64,000 bases of DNA from Candidatus Bathyarchaeia archaeon (GTDB lineage Archaea > Thermoproteota > Bathyarchaeia > Bathyarchaeales > Bathycorpusculaceae): NCBI GenBank assembly GCA_037481775.1, contig JBBFKZ010000001.1, positions 179,378 through 243,377 of the forward strand, in the 5' to 3' direction. The notes under the pieces are model-generated. The model did not search any database. It saw only the letters and a program-made list of their open reading frames with translations, and had not been told where the DNA came from. The first letter of the stretch is position 1. The number at the start of each line of letters is the position of its first letter. Shown here in pieces: positions 30,033 to 40,117 of this stretch. The position numbers were made by a program, and so were the translations under genes.

Positions 30033-30814
30033 CAGCGCTGACGCTGCTGACAAAGGCCTACGGAACCAGCCAGCTACAACAAATCGATGAAGCCCTCAAA
30101 CTGACGTTTCAAGGTTTAGCTGTAGAAACAAAAATTTTAGGCACAATAGCTGACGGCTGGGTACATATAGAGCTTACAGGCGAAGACGAGAAAATAGCAA
30201 CAAACTACCTAATCAAGGAAATAGGCGTCTGCCCACGCACCCTCAGAAACCTTAAAAAATCTTCCACCTTGAAAGGATACCTATCAAACTTGACTGGCCA
30301 AAAGCTATTGGTGGACATAGGCGTTTTCGAGCCAAAAATCATTCCCGCAGTCATATTCATGCAGCGTTTGCAAGCGCAGCTTATGGCTGGAACCCTAGTT
30401 CCTCACGGAAAGCTTGCCGAACTCTTTGGTTTCTGCAAAGGCTTACCCTTGAATGTAAAGATAACTAGGTTAAGCGAAGCGGAAAGTTACATAGAAGCCG
30501 ACTTGTCAAGTAAACAAATTGCCAATTATACGCTCTGGCGAGAATCACTGCTTGACAGACTAATTGTGCTAGGCGTATCTTTCAACGAGGTAAATAAGGC
30601 ACTGGTGCATGCAAAATTGTACAGAGATGTTATCGATGTAGAATCTTTAGGGCTGCTTGAACATGCACTAACATGCAAGCTTGGAACCGACGCAGCAGGA
30701 TTAATCCCAAAAATCGGCAGGATTCTGAAAGGAGCAACTTTTGCTGTTTTTGACGCAAAAAAGAATTATGAACTTGAATTTAAAAAGCAAGATTTCCATT
30801 CATCCGTTAATTAA
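30029..30814 (+). CDS. DUF2110-like conserved archaeal protein
   Basis: GEDE, VDIG and LTCKLGTDAAGLIPKIG; conserved position after tfe and the HD gene. Confidence 0.75.
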   Translation: MTALTLLTKAYGTSQLQQIDEALKLTFQGLAVETKILGTIADGWVHIELTGEDEKIATNYLIKEIGVCPRTLRNLKKSSTLKGYLSNLTGQKLLVDIGVFEPKIIPAVIFMQRLQAQLMAGTLVPHGKLAELFGFCKGLPLNVKITRLSEAESYIEADLSSKQIANYTLWRESLLDRLIVLGVSFNEVNKALVHAKLYRDVIDVESLGLLEHALTCKLGTDAAGLIPKIGRILKGATFAVFDAKKNYELEFKKQDFHSSVN

Positions 30815-30901
30815 AGGCTTGCTGCTTTAGCATGTTCTCCAGCGACCGCCGCCTTTATGAACCAGTTAACTGCTGATAATAGTCGAGTGTGCCTAAAGTA
30901 C

Positions 30902-31492
30902 ATGACTAATGGTGCCGTCTTTCCTAAAATCAAAGTAGTCGCGCTTGACTTTGACGGCGTAATCACAAACCTGAATGTTGATTGGGATGCCGCGCTTCAT
31001 TTGGCATCCACTGCAGCTGGCTACAACATTGAAAACCTTATTCCTTTTTACGAAGCCACCTATGGAACACCAGTTTTTCAAAAAGCCAGCAAGTTAATCG
31101 AACAGCTTGAATTGGAAGCACTAAAAGACGCTGAGCTTGCACCTTACACAGTCGAGTTTCTGGAAAAGCTTGCCGAACTAAAGGTTGCCATTTACATAGT
31201 TTCAATGCAAAGCATGCACGTAGTAAAACAGTTTCTCAACAAACACGGCCTCTCAGCTTACATTAGCGATGTAGTAACTCGCGATAAATGTCCAAGCAAA
31301 AAAGCCCAAGTTCTCTATGTGCTGGAAAAATCCCGTGTTCGCCCTGAACAAGTTCTGTTGGTCGATGACTCCGCTGGCAACATCACCAATTGCAAAGTAC
31401 TAGGAATAAGTTGCTTCCACTTTGAGAAACAACAAAACCCGCAAAAAACAAAGGAAATGTGGGATGCAATACTGAAACGCGTAAGAGGCTAA
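30902..31492 (+). CDS. HAD superfamily hydrolase
   Basis: Motif I LDFDGVI, motif II VS, motif III K and motif IV VDDS. Confidence 0.88.
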   Translation: MTNGAVFPKIKVVALDFDGVITNLNVDWDAALHLASTAAGYNIENLIPFYEATYGTPVFQKASKLIEQLELEALKDAELAPYTVEFLEKLAELKVAIYIVSMQSMHVVKQFLNKHGLSAYISDVVTRDKCPSKKAQVLYVLEKSRVRPEQVLLVDDSAGNITNCKVLGISCFHFEKQQNPQKTKEMWDAILKRVRG

Positions 31493-31554
31493 CAGCCTCC
31501 AACCCTTAAACAAGAGAGTAGCATTTAGTGGTGTATTCTTCAAAACAGCGAAAG

Positions 31555-31629
31555 TGGGCCGGGCCGGAGTTGAACCGGCGACCTCAGCCTCGTAAGGGCT
31601 GTGTCCTAACCAAACTAGACGACCGGCCC
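31555..31629 (-). tRNA. tRNA-Val(TAC)
   Basis: Cloverleaf with GGGCCGG acceptor stem, anticodon arm CAGCC-CTTACGA-GGCTG and T-loop GTTCAAC. No intron; CCA not encoded. Confidence 0.97.
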
Positions 31630-31743
31630 TCTTTTCTTTTCCCAATCTTAATAGGATTGCTTAAATAAGTTTTGAGCGTGGCAAATAAATATTTTATAAT
31701 GCCTTATGGCTTTAGTAGTAGAACCAAGCCACGTAAAGGTGAT

Positions 31744-32823
31744 ATGTTGAAAAGAGTTGTCGTTACCGGCGCCGGCGGACCTGCAGGAATAAATTTTATT
31801 ATGTCGCTTCGCGTTGCACCGGAAAAAATCTTCATTTTAGGCACAGAAGCCAATGAGTACTTCGTTCACTTGTCGCCTGCCGATAAGAAATATCTAGTTC
31901 CAAAGGCCAAAGACTCTGCATACATTGACAAGTTGAACGAGATCCTGCGAAAAGAGAAAGCCGACTTCTTGCATGCTCAACCGGATGTTGAAGTGGAGGT
32001 TGTTTCGGAAAATCGTGAAAAACTAGAGGCAAACACGTTTTTGCCTTCGAAAGAAGCCGTCAAAACATGCCAAGACAAACTTAAATCCGCTGAAATCTGG
32101 ATGAAAAAAGATGTGCCAGTAGCAAAAACCGTGGAGATACAGACAGAGCACGATGTTGAGCGGGCGTTTGAAGAGCTTGGAACCCCCTTGTGGATTAGAG
32201 CCCGCCATGGCGCCGGCGGCATAGGAAGCACCCCCGCGTACAATAGAGAAACAGCTCTTGCGTGGATAAAATATTGGAGAGCGCGAAACGCCAGTTGGGG
32301 TTTCATTGCACAGGAGACTCTTCCAGGAAGAAATGTGGCTTTTCACAGCATTTGGAAAGATGGCGAACTTGTGACGTCCATGGCAAGAGAACGAATTGAA
32401 TACATATACCCGCATCTTGCTCCTTCAGGCATAACAGGCACGCCTGCTGTTCAAAGAACCATACATGACGAGAAAGTGAACAAGATTGCTACGGATGCGG
32501 TGCTTGCCATAGACCCGAATTTTAACGGATTAGCCTGTGTGGACCTGAAAGAAAACAGGGATGGCACTCCATGCGCCACTGAAATCAATGCTGCCCGAAT
32601 GTTCACAACATCCTTCTTCTTTTCCTTCGCCAGCAAAATTCTAAGAAAAGACCATTACGCCAACATTCCCTACCTCTACCTTAAACTTGCATGTAACGAG
32701 AGCATACCTGAAATTCCCAAGTACAATATACTGCCAGAAGGCGTTTACTGGATTAGGCACATAGATGCACCAGCCAAGCTTGTGCAAAATGGCTACGTTA
32801 TTGGAGAAATGTACCGCTGGTGA
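31744..32823 (+). CDS. ATP-grasp protein (CarB-like, glycan-cluster associated)
   Basis: VTGAGG, CQDKL, IAQETLPG and EINAAR ATP-grasp motifs. Confidence 0.85.
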   Translation: MLKRVVVTGAGGPAGINFIMSLRVAPEKIFILGTEANEYFVHLSPADKKYLVPKAKDSAYIDKLNEILRKEKADFLHAQPDVEVEVVSENREKLEANTFLPSKEAVKTCQDKLKSAEIWMKKDVPVAKTVEIQTEHDVERAFEELGTPLWIRARHGAGGIGSTPAYNRETALAWIKYWRARNASWGFIAQETLPGRNVAFHSIWKDGELVTSMARERIEYIYPHLAPSGITGTPAVQRTIHDEKVNKIATDAVLAIDPNFNGLACVDLKENRDGTPCATEINAARMFTTSFFFSFASKILRKDHYANIPYLYLKLACNESIPEIPKYNILPEGVYWIRHIDAPAKLVQNGYVIGEMYRW

Positions 32824-32829
32824 ATATCG

Positions 32830-33816
32830 ATGAAAGTATGGTATGACGCGTGCACAGGCAAACACATGCGCTACGGCTCTGCGATAGCAAAAACACTCAG
32901 AAACCGCGGACACGAGGTAATATTAACTACGCGGCAACATCCTGACACTCTACAAGTCGCAAACTTCCTAAACGAAAAACCCATTGTTATAGGAAAATAT
33001 AACCCAAAATCTTTAGCTTCTAGACTTAAGGCTGGGCTTCAACGCCAGCTTTCATTCTGCAAATTATTCGGAAAAAATCCGCCTGACTTTGCTGTTTCGC
33101 ATAGCTCTGTTGACCAAATAAGAGTGGCTTTCGGCTTAGGCATTCCAGTAATCGCTACCATCGACACAGTGTACGCTGAAGCGGTGAACAGGCTTACTCT
33201 TCCACTCGCAGACTATATTGTGGCTTCTAAGGCTATTCCCGAAGAAGTTCTAAAAACCTACAGCGTTAAAGGCGAGATTATTGGTTTTAACGGCGTGGAC
33301 GAAGTAGCTTGGATTAAGGATTTCACTCCTACAGTAGAACATGCCTTCAAGAACCCATTGATTGTCGTGCGGGAAGTCGAGGAAAAAGCCGCTTACACCG
33401 CGAAAAAATTTTCCTTAATGCCCATAGCGAAAAAGCTAACTCGCCTCGGAAATGTTGTTTATCTTTCGAGATACCACCGAAAAGAGATTAAAGACCTAAT
33501 AGTTCCGAAAGGGTTTGTTGATTCTGCAAGTTTAGCCGCTCAAGCAGACTTATTCGTCGGAGTCGGCGGAACCATTACCAGAGAAGCAGCATTGCAGGGG
33601 ACACCAGCAATAATTATTGACTTTTACCAGAAGCAACACGTAAATGATTATCTGATGGAGAAAGGTTTCCCGATTTTTAAGGCAACGCCCGCAGAAGCCT
33701 ATCGCTTAGCTGAAACGCTTATAGGTAAAAAATGGAATGTCCACAGTAAGCTTCATGAACTCGAAAGCCCAGCAGATACAATTGAGCAGATAATCAGCCG
33801 AAAATTTAAGGGATAA
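32830..33816 (+). CDS. DUF354 family GT-B fold protein
   Basis: MKVWYD...GHEVILTTR, VAFGLGIP and GGTITREAALQGTP. Confidence 0.85.
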   Translation: MKVWYDACTGKHMRYGSAIAKTLRNRGHEVILTTRQHPDTLQVANFLNEKPIVIGKYNPKSLASRLKAGLQRQLSFCKLFGKNPPDFAVSHSSVDQIRVAFGLGIPVIATIDTVYAEAVNRLTLPLADYIVASKAIPEEVLKTYSVKGEIIGFNGVDEVAWIKDFTPTVEHAFKNPLIVVREVEEKAAYTAKKFSLMPIAKKLTRLGNVVYLSRYHRKEIKDLIVPKGFVDSASLAAQADLFVGVGGTITREAALQGTPAIIIDFYQKQHVNDYLMEKGFPIFKATPAEAYRLAETLIGKKWNVHSKLHELESPADTIEQIISRKFKG

Positions 33817-33819
33817 ACT

Positions 33820-34839
33820 ATGCAGATTGAAGGAACGAATGTCTTGATCACTGGTGGCGCCGGATTCATAGGTTCGCATTTAGTAGATGAATACCTTAAA
33901 AATGGTGCAAACAAAGTTGTAGTTTACGACGACTTCTCAACTGGAACAACAAAAAATCTCGAGCACATAAATGACAGTAGGCTAATAGTTACCAACGGTT
34001 CTATTCTCGACAAAAATCGCCTTTACAATATTTTAAGAGACGCTAAAATCAATATTATAGACCATCAGGCGGCAGAGCTTGAGGTGTACCGCGGAATAAC
34101 AGATTCAGAAGCAGACGCATACACAAACATTCTAGGAACACTAAACGTATTAAATGCTGCATTAAAAAACAAAGTGGAAAAAGTATTATTCGCTTCTTCA
34201 GGCGCAGTTTACGGTGAAGCAAAATCACTTCCAATTGATGAGGATCATCCTTTAGAACCACATTGGCCTTATGGCGTTAGCAAACTTTCCGCTGAAAAAT
34301 ATGTGCTGCAGTACCATAAGCTCTTCGGCTTAAACACAACTGCCTTCAGATATGGAATTGTCTATGGCCCAAGAGAATGGTTTGGCCGTGTCTTGACGAT
34401 GTTCATCAAAAGGATATTTCTGGAAAACAAGTCGCCGGTCGTATTCGGCGATGGTGCTCAAACACGGGATTACGTCTATGTGGGCGATGTAGTGAGAGCC
34501 CACATATTAGCGATTAAAAACTTTAGCGCTGACGGGCAAGTGTTTAACATAAGCAGCGGGCGGGGAATTTCTATAGGTAATTTAGCAAAACTACTCGTTG
34601 AAATGTCAGGCAAAAATTTGGAAATTATATATGATAACCCCGAAGAGGGAACAGCTTCAAGCTTTCAGCCAGAACGCATCAGACTCAGTGGCGAATTAAA
34701 AAACTTTATCCTAGACCATCGCAAGGCTCAAAAAGTTTTGGGTTGGGCTCCAATTACCGAGTTGAAAGATGGCTTAATCAAGGAGATAGATTGGATTTTG
34801 AAAAATTCAGAAAGATGGAAAACAAAACCCCGAGTTTGA
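33820..34839 (+). CDS. NAD-dependent nucleotide-sugar epimerase/dehydratase
   Basis: TGGAGFIG, SSGAVYG, YGVSK and RDYVYV motifs. Confidence 0.94.
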   Translation: MQIEGTNVLITGGAGFIGSHLVDEYLKNGANKVVVYDDFSTGTTKNLEHINDSRLIVTNGSILDKNRLYNILRDAKINIIDHQAAELEVYRGITDSEADAYTNILGTLNVLNAALKNKVEKVLFASSGAVYGEAKSLPIDEDHPLEPHWPYGVSKLSAEKYVLQYHKLFGLNTTAFRYGIVYGPREWFGRVLTMFIKRIFLENKSPVVFGDGAQTRDYVYVGDVVRAHILAIKNFSADGQVFNISSGRGISIGNLAKLLVEMSGKNLEIIYDNPEEGTASSFQPERIRLSGELKNFILDHRKAQKVLGWAPITELKDGLIKEIDWILKNSERWKTKPRV

Positions 34840-34950
34840 GCAAAACGCATTCCAGCTTTAGGCTAAAAAATCTGCGTGCTTTTTCTGTCAAGAGTTTTTA
34901 AACTTAAAATAACACTATCGCAATTATGTGTTTTTCTGAGGGCTAAACAA

Positions 34951-35826
34951 TTGGAAGAACAAAAAGTGCTAGTCGTAGGTTTGGGCGAGATTGGTCGCCC
35001 GCTATTTGAATTGTTAAAAGAAAGTGGCCGCTTTCAAGTTTACGGTTTTGATGTTGACGAGGAAAAAATGTTGGAACTTGCGCAAAATGTAGAAGTGTTT
35101 CCTAATAAAGTGGACGTTATGCATATTTGCATTCCATATCAGTCGAAAGAAACCTTCATAGATGCTGTAGTTGATTATGCTAATAAATATCAGCCAAAGT
35201 TACTAATTATTAATAGCACGGTTCCGCCGAGAACAACCGTTGAAATCTCTGAAAGATGCAAATGTTTAGTTTCGCATTCGCCTATTTTTGGTACACATAA
35301 AAATCTAGAGTACATGAAATGGGAAATAAGGCGCTGGACGAAGTTGGTCGGCGCCGTTGATGCTGCAGCAAGCGAAGCTACATGCAAGCACTTCGCAAAA
35401 GCAAGGATTAAATGCAAAATTCTAAAAAGCCCGATAGAGACAGAGTTAGCTAAACTTTTCGAAACTATATACTCCGCTTGGATGATCATCTTTTTCCAAG
35501 AGATGCATCGTATCTCAAAACATTTCGGAGCTGACGTCGACGCTATAGCCGGCGTTATTGAACAGATACACCGCGTAAGATTGGATAGGCCAGTATGGTA
35601 TCCAGGCGTTATCGGTGGCCACTGCTTGATTCCTAATACTGAATTACTTCTTAAAAGCTATGATTCGGAATTTTTACGGTTGATTTTGAAGTCTAATGCG
35701 AGAAGGAAAGAAGAGATTAAGGACGGAGAGATTTACAGGGAGGTGGAGAAGGTTAAAATGAGGTGTGAAGCTCTCCAAAGAGATTTGATGAAGCTTTTGG
35801 AAAACAAAGAAAATAGTAGAGTCTAA
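34951..35826 (+). CDS. Short UDP-glucose/GDP-mannose dehydrogenase family protein lacking the C-terminal domain
   Basis: GLGEIG, NSTVPP, TELAKL and IGGHC are intact; only about 290 aa. TTG start inferred. Confidence 0.85.
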   Translation: MEEQKVLVVGLGEIGRPLFELLKESGRFQVYGFDVDEEKMLELAQNVEVFPNKVDVMHICIPYQSKETFIDAVVDYANKYQPKLLIINSTVPPRTTVEISERCKCLVSHSPIFGTHKNLEYMKWEIRRWTKLVGAVDAAASEATCKHFAKARIKCKILKSPIETELAKLFETIYSAWMIIFFQEMHRISKHFGADVDAIAGVIEQIHRVRLDRPVWYPGVIGGHCLIPNTELLLKSYDSEFLRLILKSNARRKEEIKDGEIYREVEKVKMRCEALQRDLMKLLENKENSRV

Positions 35827-35989
35827 TCTAAACTGCAAAGCCCTAACCTCGTTAACACGAACCTATCCTTTGCACATGAAGGGGTTTGAAGAATAGACTG
35901 CGCCGCAGTAGTAAATGTTAAAGTCTAATCCTTGTACCATTTCCGTCGCTAAATACAAGTGCTTTTCTTTTGTCGCCTCATGTTACAGG

Positions 35990-36268
35990 GTAACTGCTAC
36001 TTTCTGTATTTTTGAATTTTGGGTTTTTGCGGTTTATGAGTTCTTGATGGTTTTTGTTCTCTCTTATGTTGTATATGTCTGTGTTTCAGGTTATTAGGGC
36101 ATCGCATTGGTTTACGGTTGTTGATAGAATTAAGCAGTCTATGAAGTCGGTGATATGTTCTGATTATTTTTAGGGCTGTCAGTAGGGATTGTGCTCTTGT
36201 GGATTTCTATGGTTTTTCATTATTTCTTTAAATGCCACGGCACGGATACTTTTTACTACTCTTTCCAG
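35990..36268 (-). pseudogene. Decayed PIN-domain (VapC-like) nuclease remnant
   Basis: Manual translation across frameshifts gives ERVVKSIRAV / LLTALKIIR / DFIDCLILSTTVNQCDALIT*NTDI, matching the PIN C-terminal D-x2-D...T-x-D pattern. Boundaries are approximate. Confidence 0.65.
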
Positions 36269-36403
36269 TTATTTAATTAGACATAAAATAAAAAGGCAGA
36301 ATTCCTGCATTACTAATTGTAAATGTAAATTTGCAAAGTTTATAACTATTATACCCATCACCTTAACAGTTTCATAAGTGTAAATAATGCTGGTAAAAAT
36401 TAG

Positions 36404-37219
36404 TTAAGATTCGGTTCTGTAAAAGGCTGAAATAAAACCTCTAAAAAACGTCATAGTTCGCATTATTATAAAAGGAATTAATGGTGGGTATCTATATCTT
36501 ATCGACAGTTTAATCGCAAAAAATGGGGAATAAAGCAAGGATTTTGCCACCTGACTTAATGTTCTTGTATTACTCATTGCAACCCTTTTCCCGCCGTAAT
36601 ACCACTTTCTTTTTAAAGATTTAAGATCTATGGCAAACACGTGTTTCGCCGTCAAAGGTACTGTCACGACTTTGAAACATAGTTCTCTCACATCTTTGCT
36701 GAATAGTACATCTTCATCGGAAAACAAAGCATCTTTGAACATTATTTCATCGAACACTTCTCGCCTAACCAGCATGCAACCACAACTAAGCCACCATTTA
36801 CTTGGATGACTTTCATTATATTTCCAATATAATTCTTAACACTTACCCCAAACACTGCTTATGTAACTTTCAACAAAACTGATGCAAGCAATATCTGCCC
36901 CTTTATTCAAAGCATTAACTAAAGCTTCTATTAATTGCCTAGAAACAATGATGTCTGAGTCCAGCACCAGAATATAAGGTTGCTTTGCTTTTGATATTCC
37001 AAAGTTTCTAGCATATCCTACTCCATGATGTTTTATGTGATAATAGCGAATTTTTGGCGATTTAATGATGTTGACGTTTAAGGTACTTCCATCATCAACC
37101 AAGATTATTTCCTTTATCAGATCATGCAACAGTAACGGTTGAATACACAAAGGCAAACTAAACTTTACATGAGTGTGTAGCTGAGGATTGGCGTAAAAAG
37201 GAATAACAACGCTTATCAT
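36404..37219 (-). pseudogene. GT2 glycosyltransferase interrupted by one in-frame TAA (36836-36838)
   Basis: ISVVIP, VDDGS, ARNFG and LDSD, then VWGKC*ELYWKY...GCMLVRREVF...DEDV in the same frame. Confidence 0.85.
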
Positions 37220-37226
37220 TAGACTC

Positions 37227-37757
37227 TCAACTCTTAATAGCAGTAACGATAACGTTTTTTTCGCTTAATGTTGAGGGTAAAATCATTTTTACAATTTTAT
37301 CCAGTGTTTTATGCGGACTAAAAACTAATGGCAAGGTTGCATATTTGAAGTGGATCTTTGAAAAACCAGCGTTTAACAAGATATTTTCCATTTCTGCCAT
37401 AGACCAGCAAGCTATATGGCCCTTGTCACTGAAAACCTGAGGCAGACCTCTCATCTGCCTAAGAATTATTCTCCAATGGAAAATATTCGGAGTACTCAAT
37501 TCCAATATTCCTCCCTCTTTTAAAACTTGGCGTATTTCTCTTAGACATAACAATGGGCTTTCTACATGTTCTATCACTTCGTAAAAGCATACTTTATCAA
37601 ATACTCCTAGTTTAAATGGGAGATGGTGCGCATCTCCGCAAATGAAATCTTTGGGTTTGTTTTTGGGATGCTTGCATAAGTCTATGCAAACATTGCCTCT
37701 CGCAATGTCAAGTTCATCGGTCCCTGAACCAACATCTAAAATGAGCATACGCATCAC
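37227..37757 (-). CDS. Class I SAM-dependent methyltransferase
   Basis: LDVGSG, GDAHHLPF, EVIEHV and LSTPN motifs. Confidence 0.9.
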   Translation of the reverse strand: MMRMLILDVGSGTDELDIARGNVCIDLCKHPKNKPKDFICGDAHHLPFKLGVFDKVCFYEVIEHVESPLLCLREIRQVLKEGGILELSTPNIFHWRIILRQMRGLPQVFSDKGHIACWSMAEMENILLNAGFSKIHFKYATLPLVFSPHKTLDKIVKMILPSTLSEKNVIVTAIKS

Positions 37758-38911
37758 CGTATCCTCAATACGTTATGATATAGGTCGTAAACTTTTCTAG
37801 CGTGAGCGATAAAGGAGTGATGCTTTAAAACATATTCTCTAGCGTTTCTCCCTATATCTGCTATTAAGCTTTGATTCGTGATAGTTGTTTCAATGGCTTT
37901 TGCGATTGATTCTGAATCTTTTTCTTTTACGAGTATACCGTTTTTCATGTTTTGTATAATTTCATGCATACCGCCAATATCAGAACATATCGTGACTTTG
38001 CTGCATGCCATCCCCTCAAGCATGGCGAGCGATGATGCTTCTTGAACTCCATGGGACGTTATTGATGGTATTAGAATAATATCTGCCATAAAATAATATG
38101 GTACTATTTTGTCATGAGGGATTAACCCAGCAAAATAAATTCTATCATCTCCATTCGCTTCTTTAACTAATTTATCTTTTTCCGGTCCATCTCCGGCAAT
38201 TACCATTCTTACTTTTCTGTTTTTTATATGTCTCATAGCTTGGACGGCATAAATTACGCCGTTTTTTTCGACAAGTCGTCTAGGCACCAAGATAATTGTG
38301 TCGTTTTCGCTGAATCCCTGCTTTTTTTTAAGTTTATTTTGTTCTTCTTTCGAGATTGGTCTGAACATCTCTGTGTCAATAGCGTTGTGCATTACGCTAA
38401 TTTTGCTAGCAGGGTAATTAAACTCTGAAATAATGTATTCTTTTAGTCGTTGATCAACAGTAATTACGTATTCTGCATTTTCAATTCCTTCTCTCTCAAG
38501 TTTCAAAAGATAAGGATATAGTTCTTCACGAGCTTTTTTACTTTTTATAAACTCTATGTTTTCCCTCGCAAAATACCCGTGAAGAGTTAATATCTTTGGG
38601 GCGGCTCTTTCACCTGTGCTTATCAATGATAAGACGTCGTGAGCATGAATTATTTCGAAAGTGTTTTCAGGAATATTTCTTCTTAAGTAATTTATCATCC
38701 ACTTAATTTTATACTTGTAACCATACTTTCCTCCTACGATAAGTCTAGTGCTTCGTTTGATCTGTTCCCAAAGGTCCTTCGGGTTGTAATAGTGAGTGAC
38801 AACTTTAACACCCAATTCTTTAAGTCCTTTTTCTAGCAGTAGTAAGTGGATATGTTTTCCTCCAAGAAGTGTTATGTATGGGTTATCTGTAGAGACGAGA
38901 AGTACACGCAT
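37754..38911 (-). CDS. GT4 glycosyltransferase
   Basis: IHAHD, TLHG, RRLVEKNG, GDGP and E-x7-E (EASSLAMLEGM). Confidence 0.92.
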   Translation of the reverse strand: MRVLLVSTDNPYITLLGGKHIHLLLLEKGLKELGVKVVTHYYNPKDLWEQIKRSTRLIVGGKYGYKYKIKWMINYLRRNIPENTFEIIHAHDVLSLISTGERAAPKILTLHGYFARENIEFIKSKKAREELYPYLLKLEREGIENAEYVITVDQRLKEYIISEFNYPASKISVMHNAIDTEMFRPISKEEQNKLKKKQGFSENDTIILVPRRLVEKNGVIYAVQAMRHIKNRKVRMVIAGDGPEKDKLVKEANGDDRIYFAGLIPHDKIVPYYFMADIILIPSITSHGVQEASSLAMLEGMACSKVTICSDIGGMHEIIQNMKNGILVKEKDSESIAKAIETTITNQSLIADIGRNAREYVLKHHSFIAHARKVYDLYHNVLRIR

Positions 38912-39856
38912 TTAACTACTTCCCACATAATCATAAATTTTCATTAACCTTTCTAAAACCATATCCAACGCATGTTCACACTTAAAATACGCATACTCTT
39001 TTTCCCACAAATTATTATCCGCATTTTTTACGGCATTTGCAATTTCATTTTCAGTAGCGACATTTTTCAATGGAAATTTTTGATATTCCTGAAAATCTGA
39101 CGCAACATACGTTATTACTGGCCTACCACATGCTATAGCTTCCAGAGAGACCACTCCCAATGACCCAAGTTTGAATCTATCTATAACCACATCTGCATCC
39201 CAATAATATTGATTAAGTTTTTCATGAGGAACTTTTGGCATTACGTTTAAATGTAAGCCCAATGAATGAGCCAAAGATAAAGTTTTCTTAAAATCAGCAC
39301 CATGGGCAATGATCTTGACCTCTACTTCGTCTTTAATCTTGCTTAAAGCTCTTATAGCTATGTTAGTGCCTTTTAAATTCCAATTTGAATCACTGGCAAT
39401 AAGTACCCGTTTTTTTCCATGATGCAAATTTAATGGTTTCGGAAAGAAAAGTTTCATGTCCACCGGGTTAGGCAGGTATTCAGCATCTTCCCTAAATCTT
39501 TTAGCTATGCCGAGAATATCTGGTGTACTAACAAGCACTTTATCACACCTTTTTAAGTTATGCCTAACTAATCTACCCCATACGGGATGGTTAAGGCTTG
39601 ACCGTAAATCGCTTCCATGGGCATGACCAATTAATGGTTTTTTCCCCAGCTTAGCCGCAATATAACAATCCTGAAGAAGATAATGCACGTGATAAATATC
39701 AGCCTTAACCCTCAGGATATTATGGGCTAAACCAAAAGTTTTACTCCACAAACCCCTGCTCCTCTTAATCTGTCTTCGCTTAATATATGAAGGCAAATAC
39801 TTAAGCAGAGTCTCCCCCACATAAGCACAATCATTAATCATAGCAACCTCAAACAC
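38912..39856 (-). CDS. GT4 glycosyltransferase
   Basis: HAHGSD, PNPVD and LEAIACGRPV motifs. Confidence 0.88.
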   Translation of the reverse strand: MFEVAMINDCAYVGETLLKYLPSYIKRRQIKRSRGLWSKTFGLAHNILRVKADIYHVHYLLQDCYIAAKLGKKPLIGHAHGSDLRSSLNHPVWGRLVRHNLKRCDKVLVSTPDILGIAKRFREDAEYLPNPVDMKLFFPKPLNLHHGKKRVLIASDSNWNLKGTNIAIRALSKIKDEVEVKIIAHGADFKKTLSLAHSLGLHLNVMPKVPHEKLNQYYWDADVVIDRFKLGSLGVVSLEAIACGRPVITYVASDFQEYQKFPLKNVATENEIANAVKNADNNLWEKEYAYFKCEHALDMVLERLMKIYDYVGSS

Positions 39857-40117
39857 GGTTATCCTCAGCCATCAAAGAGTCTATAATTAGACATAAAAAC
39901 GAGAACTATATCAATCTTATCCGCCAAAATGAGACACAAAATTCTTAATATGGCTTTTTACCCCCTGCTCACCAAATCCGCAAAAGTTTCCAACTTTTAG
40001 TGACCAAGAAAATGTTCACGTATAACTGCAAATCTGCCGATTATACGATTGAAAAACTTTGGGAAAGGTAGGCGTGGCTTACACCTTTAAATATGTTCGG
40101 TTAATACATTTCGTAGA

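Noticed and set aside
31400-31645. 81-aa minus-strand ORF
   Set aside because: It runs through tRNA-Val and antisense to the HAD gene; spurious.
36086-36838. Selenocysteine/pyrrolysine recoding at the internal stops
   Set aside because: The GT2 stop is TAA, which is not recoded. The TGA in the PIN relic is accompanied by frameshifts, indicating decay.
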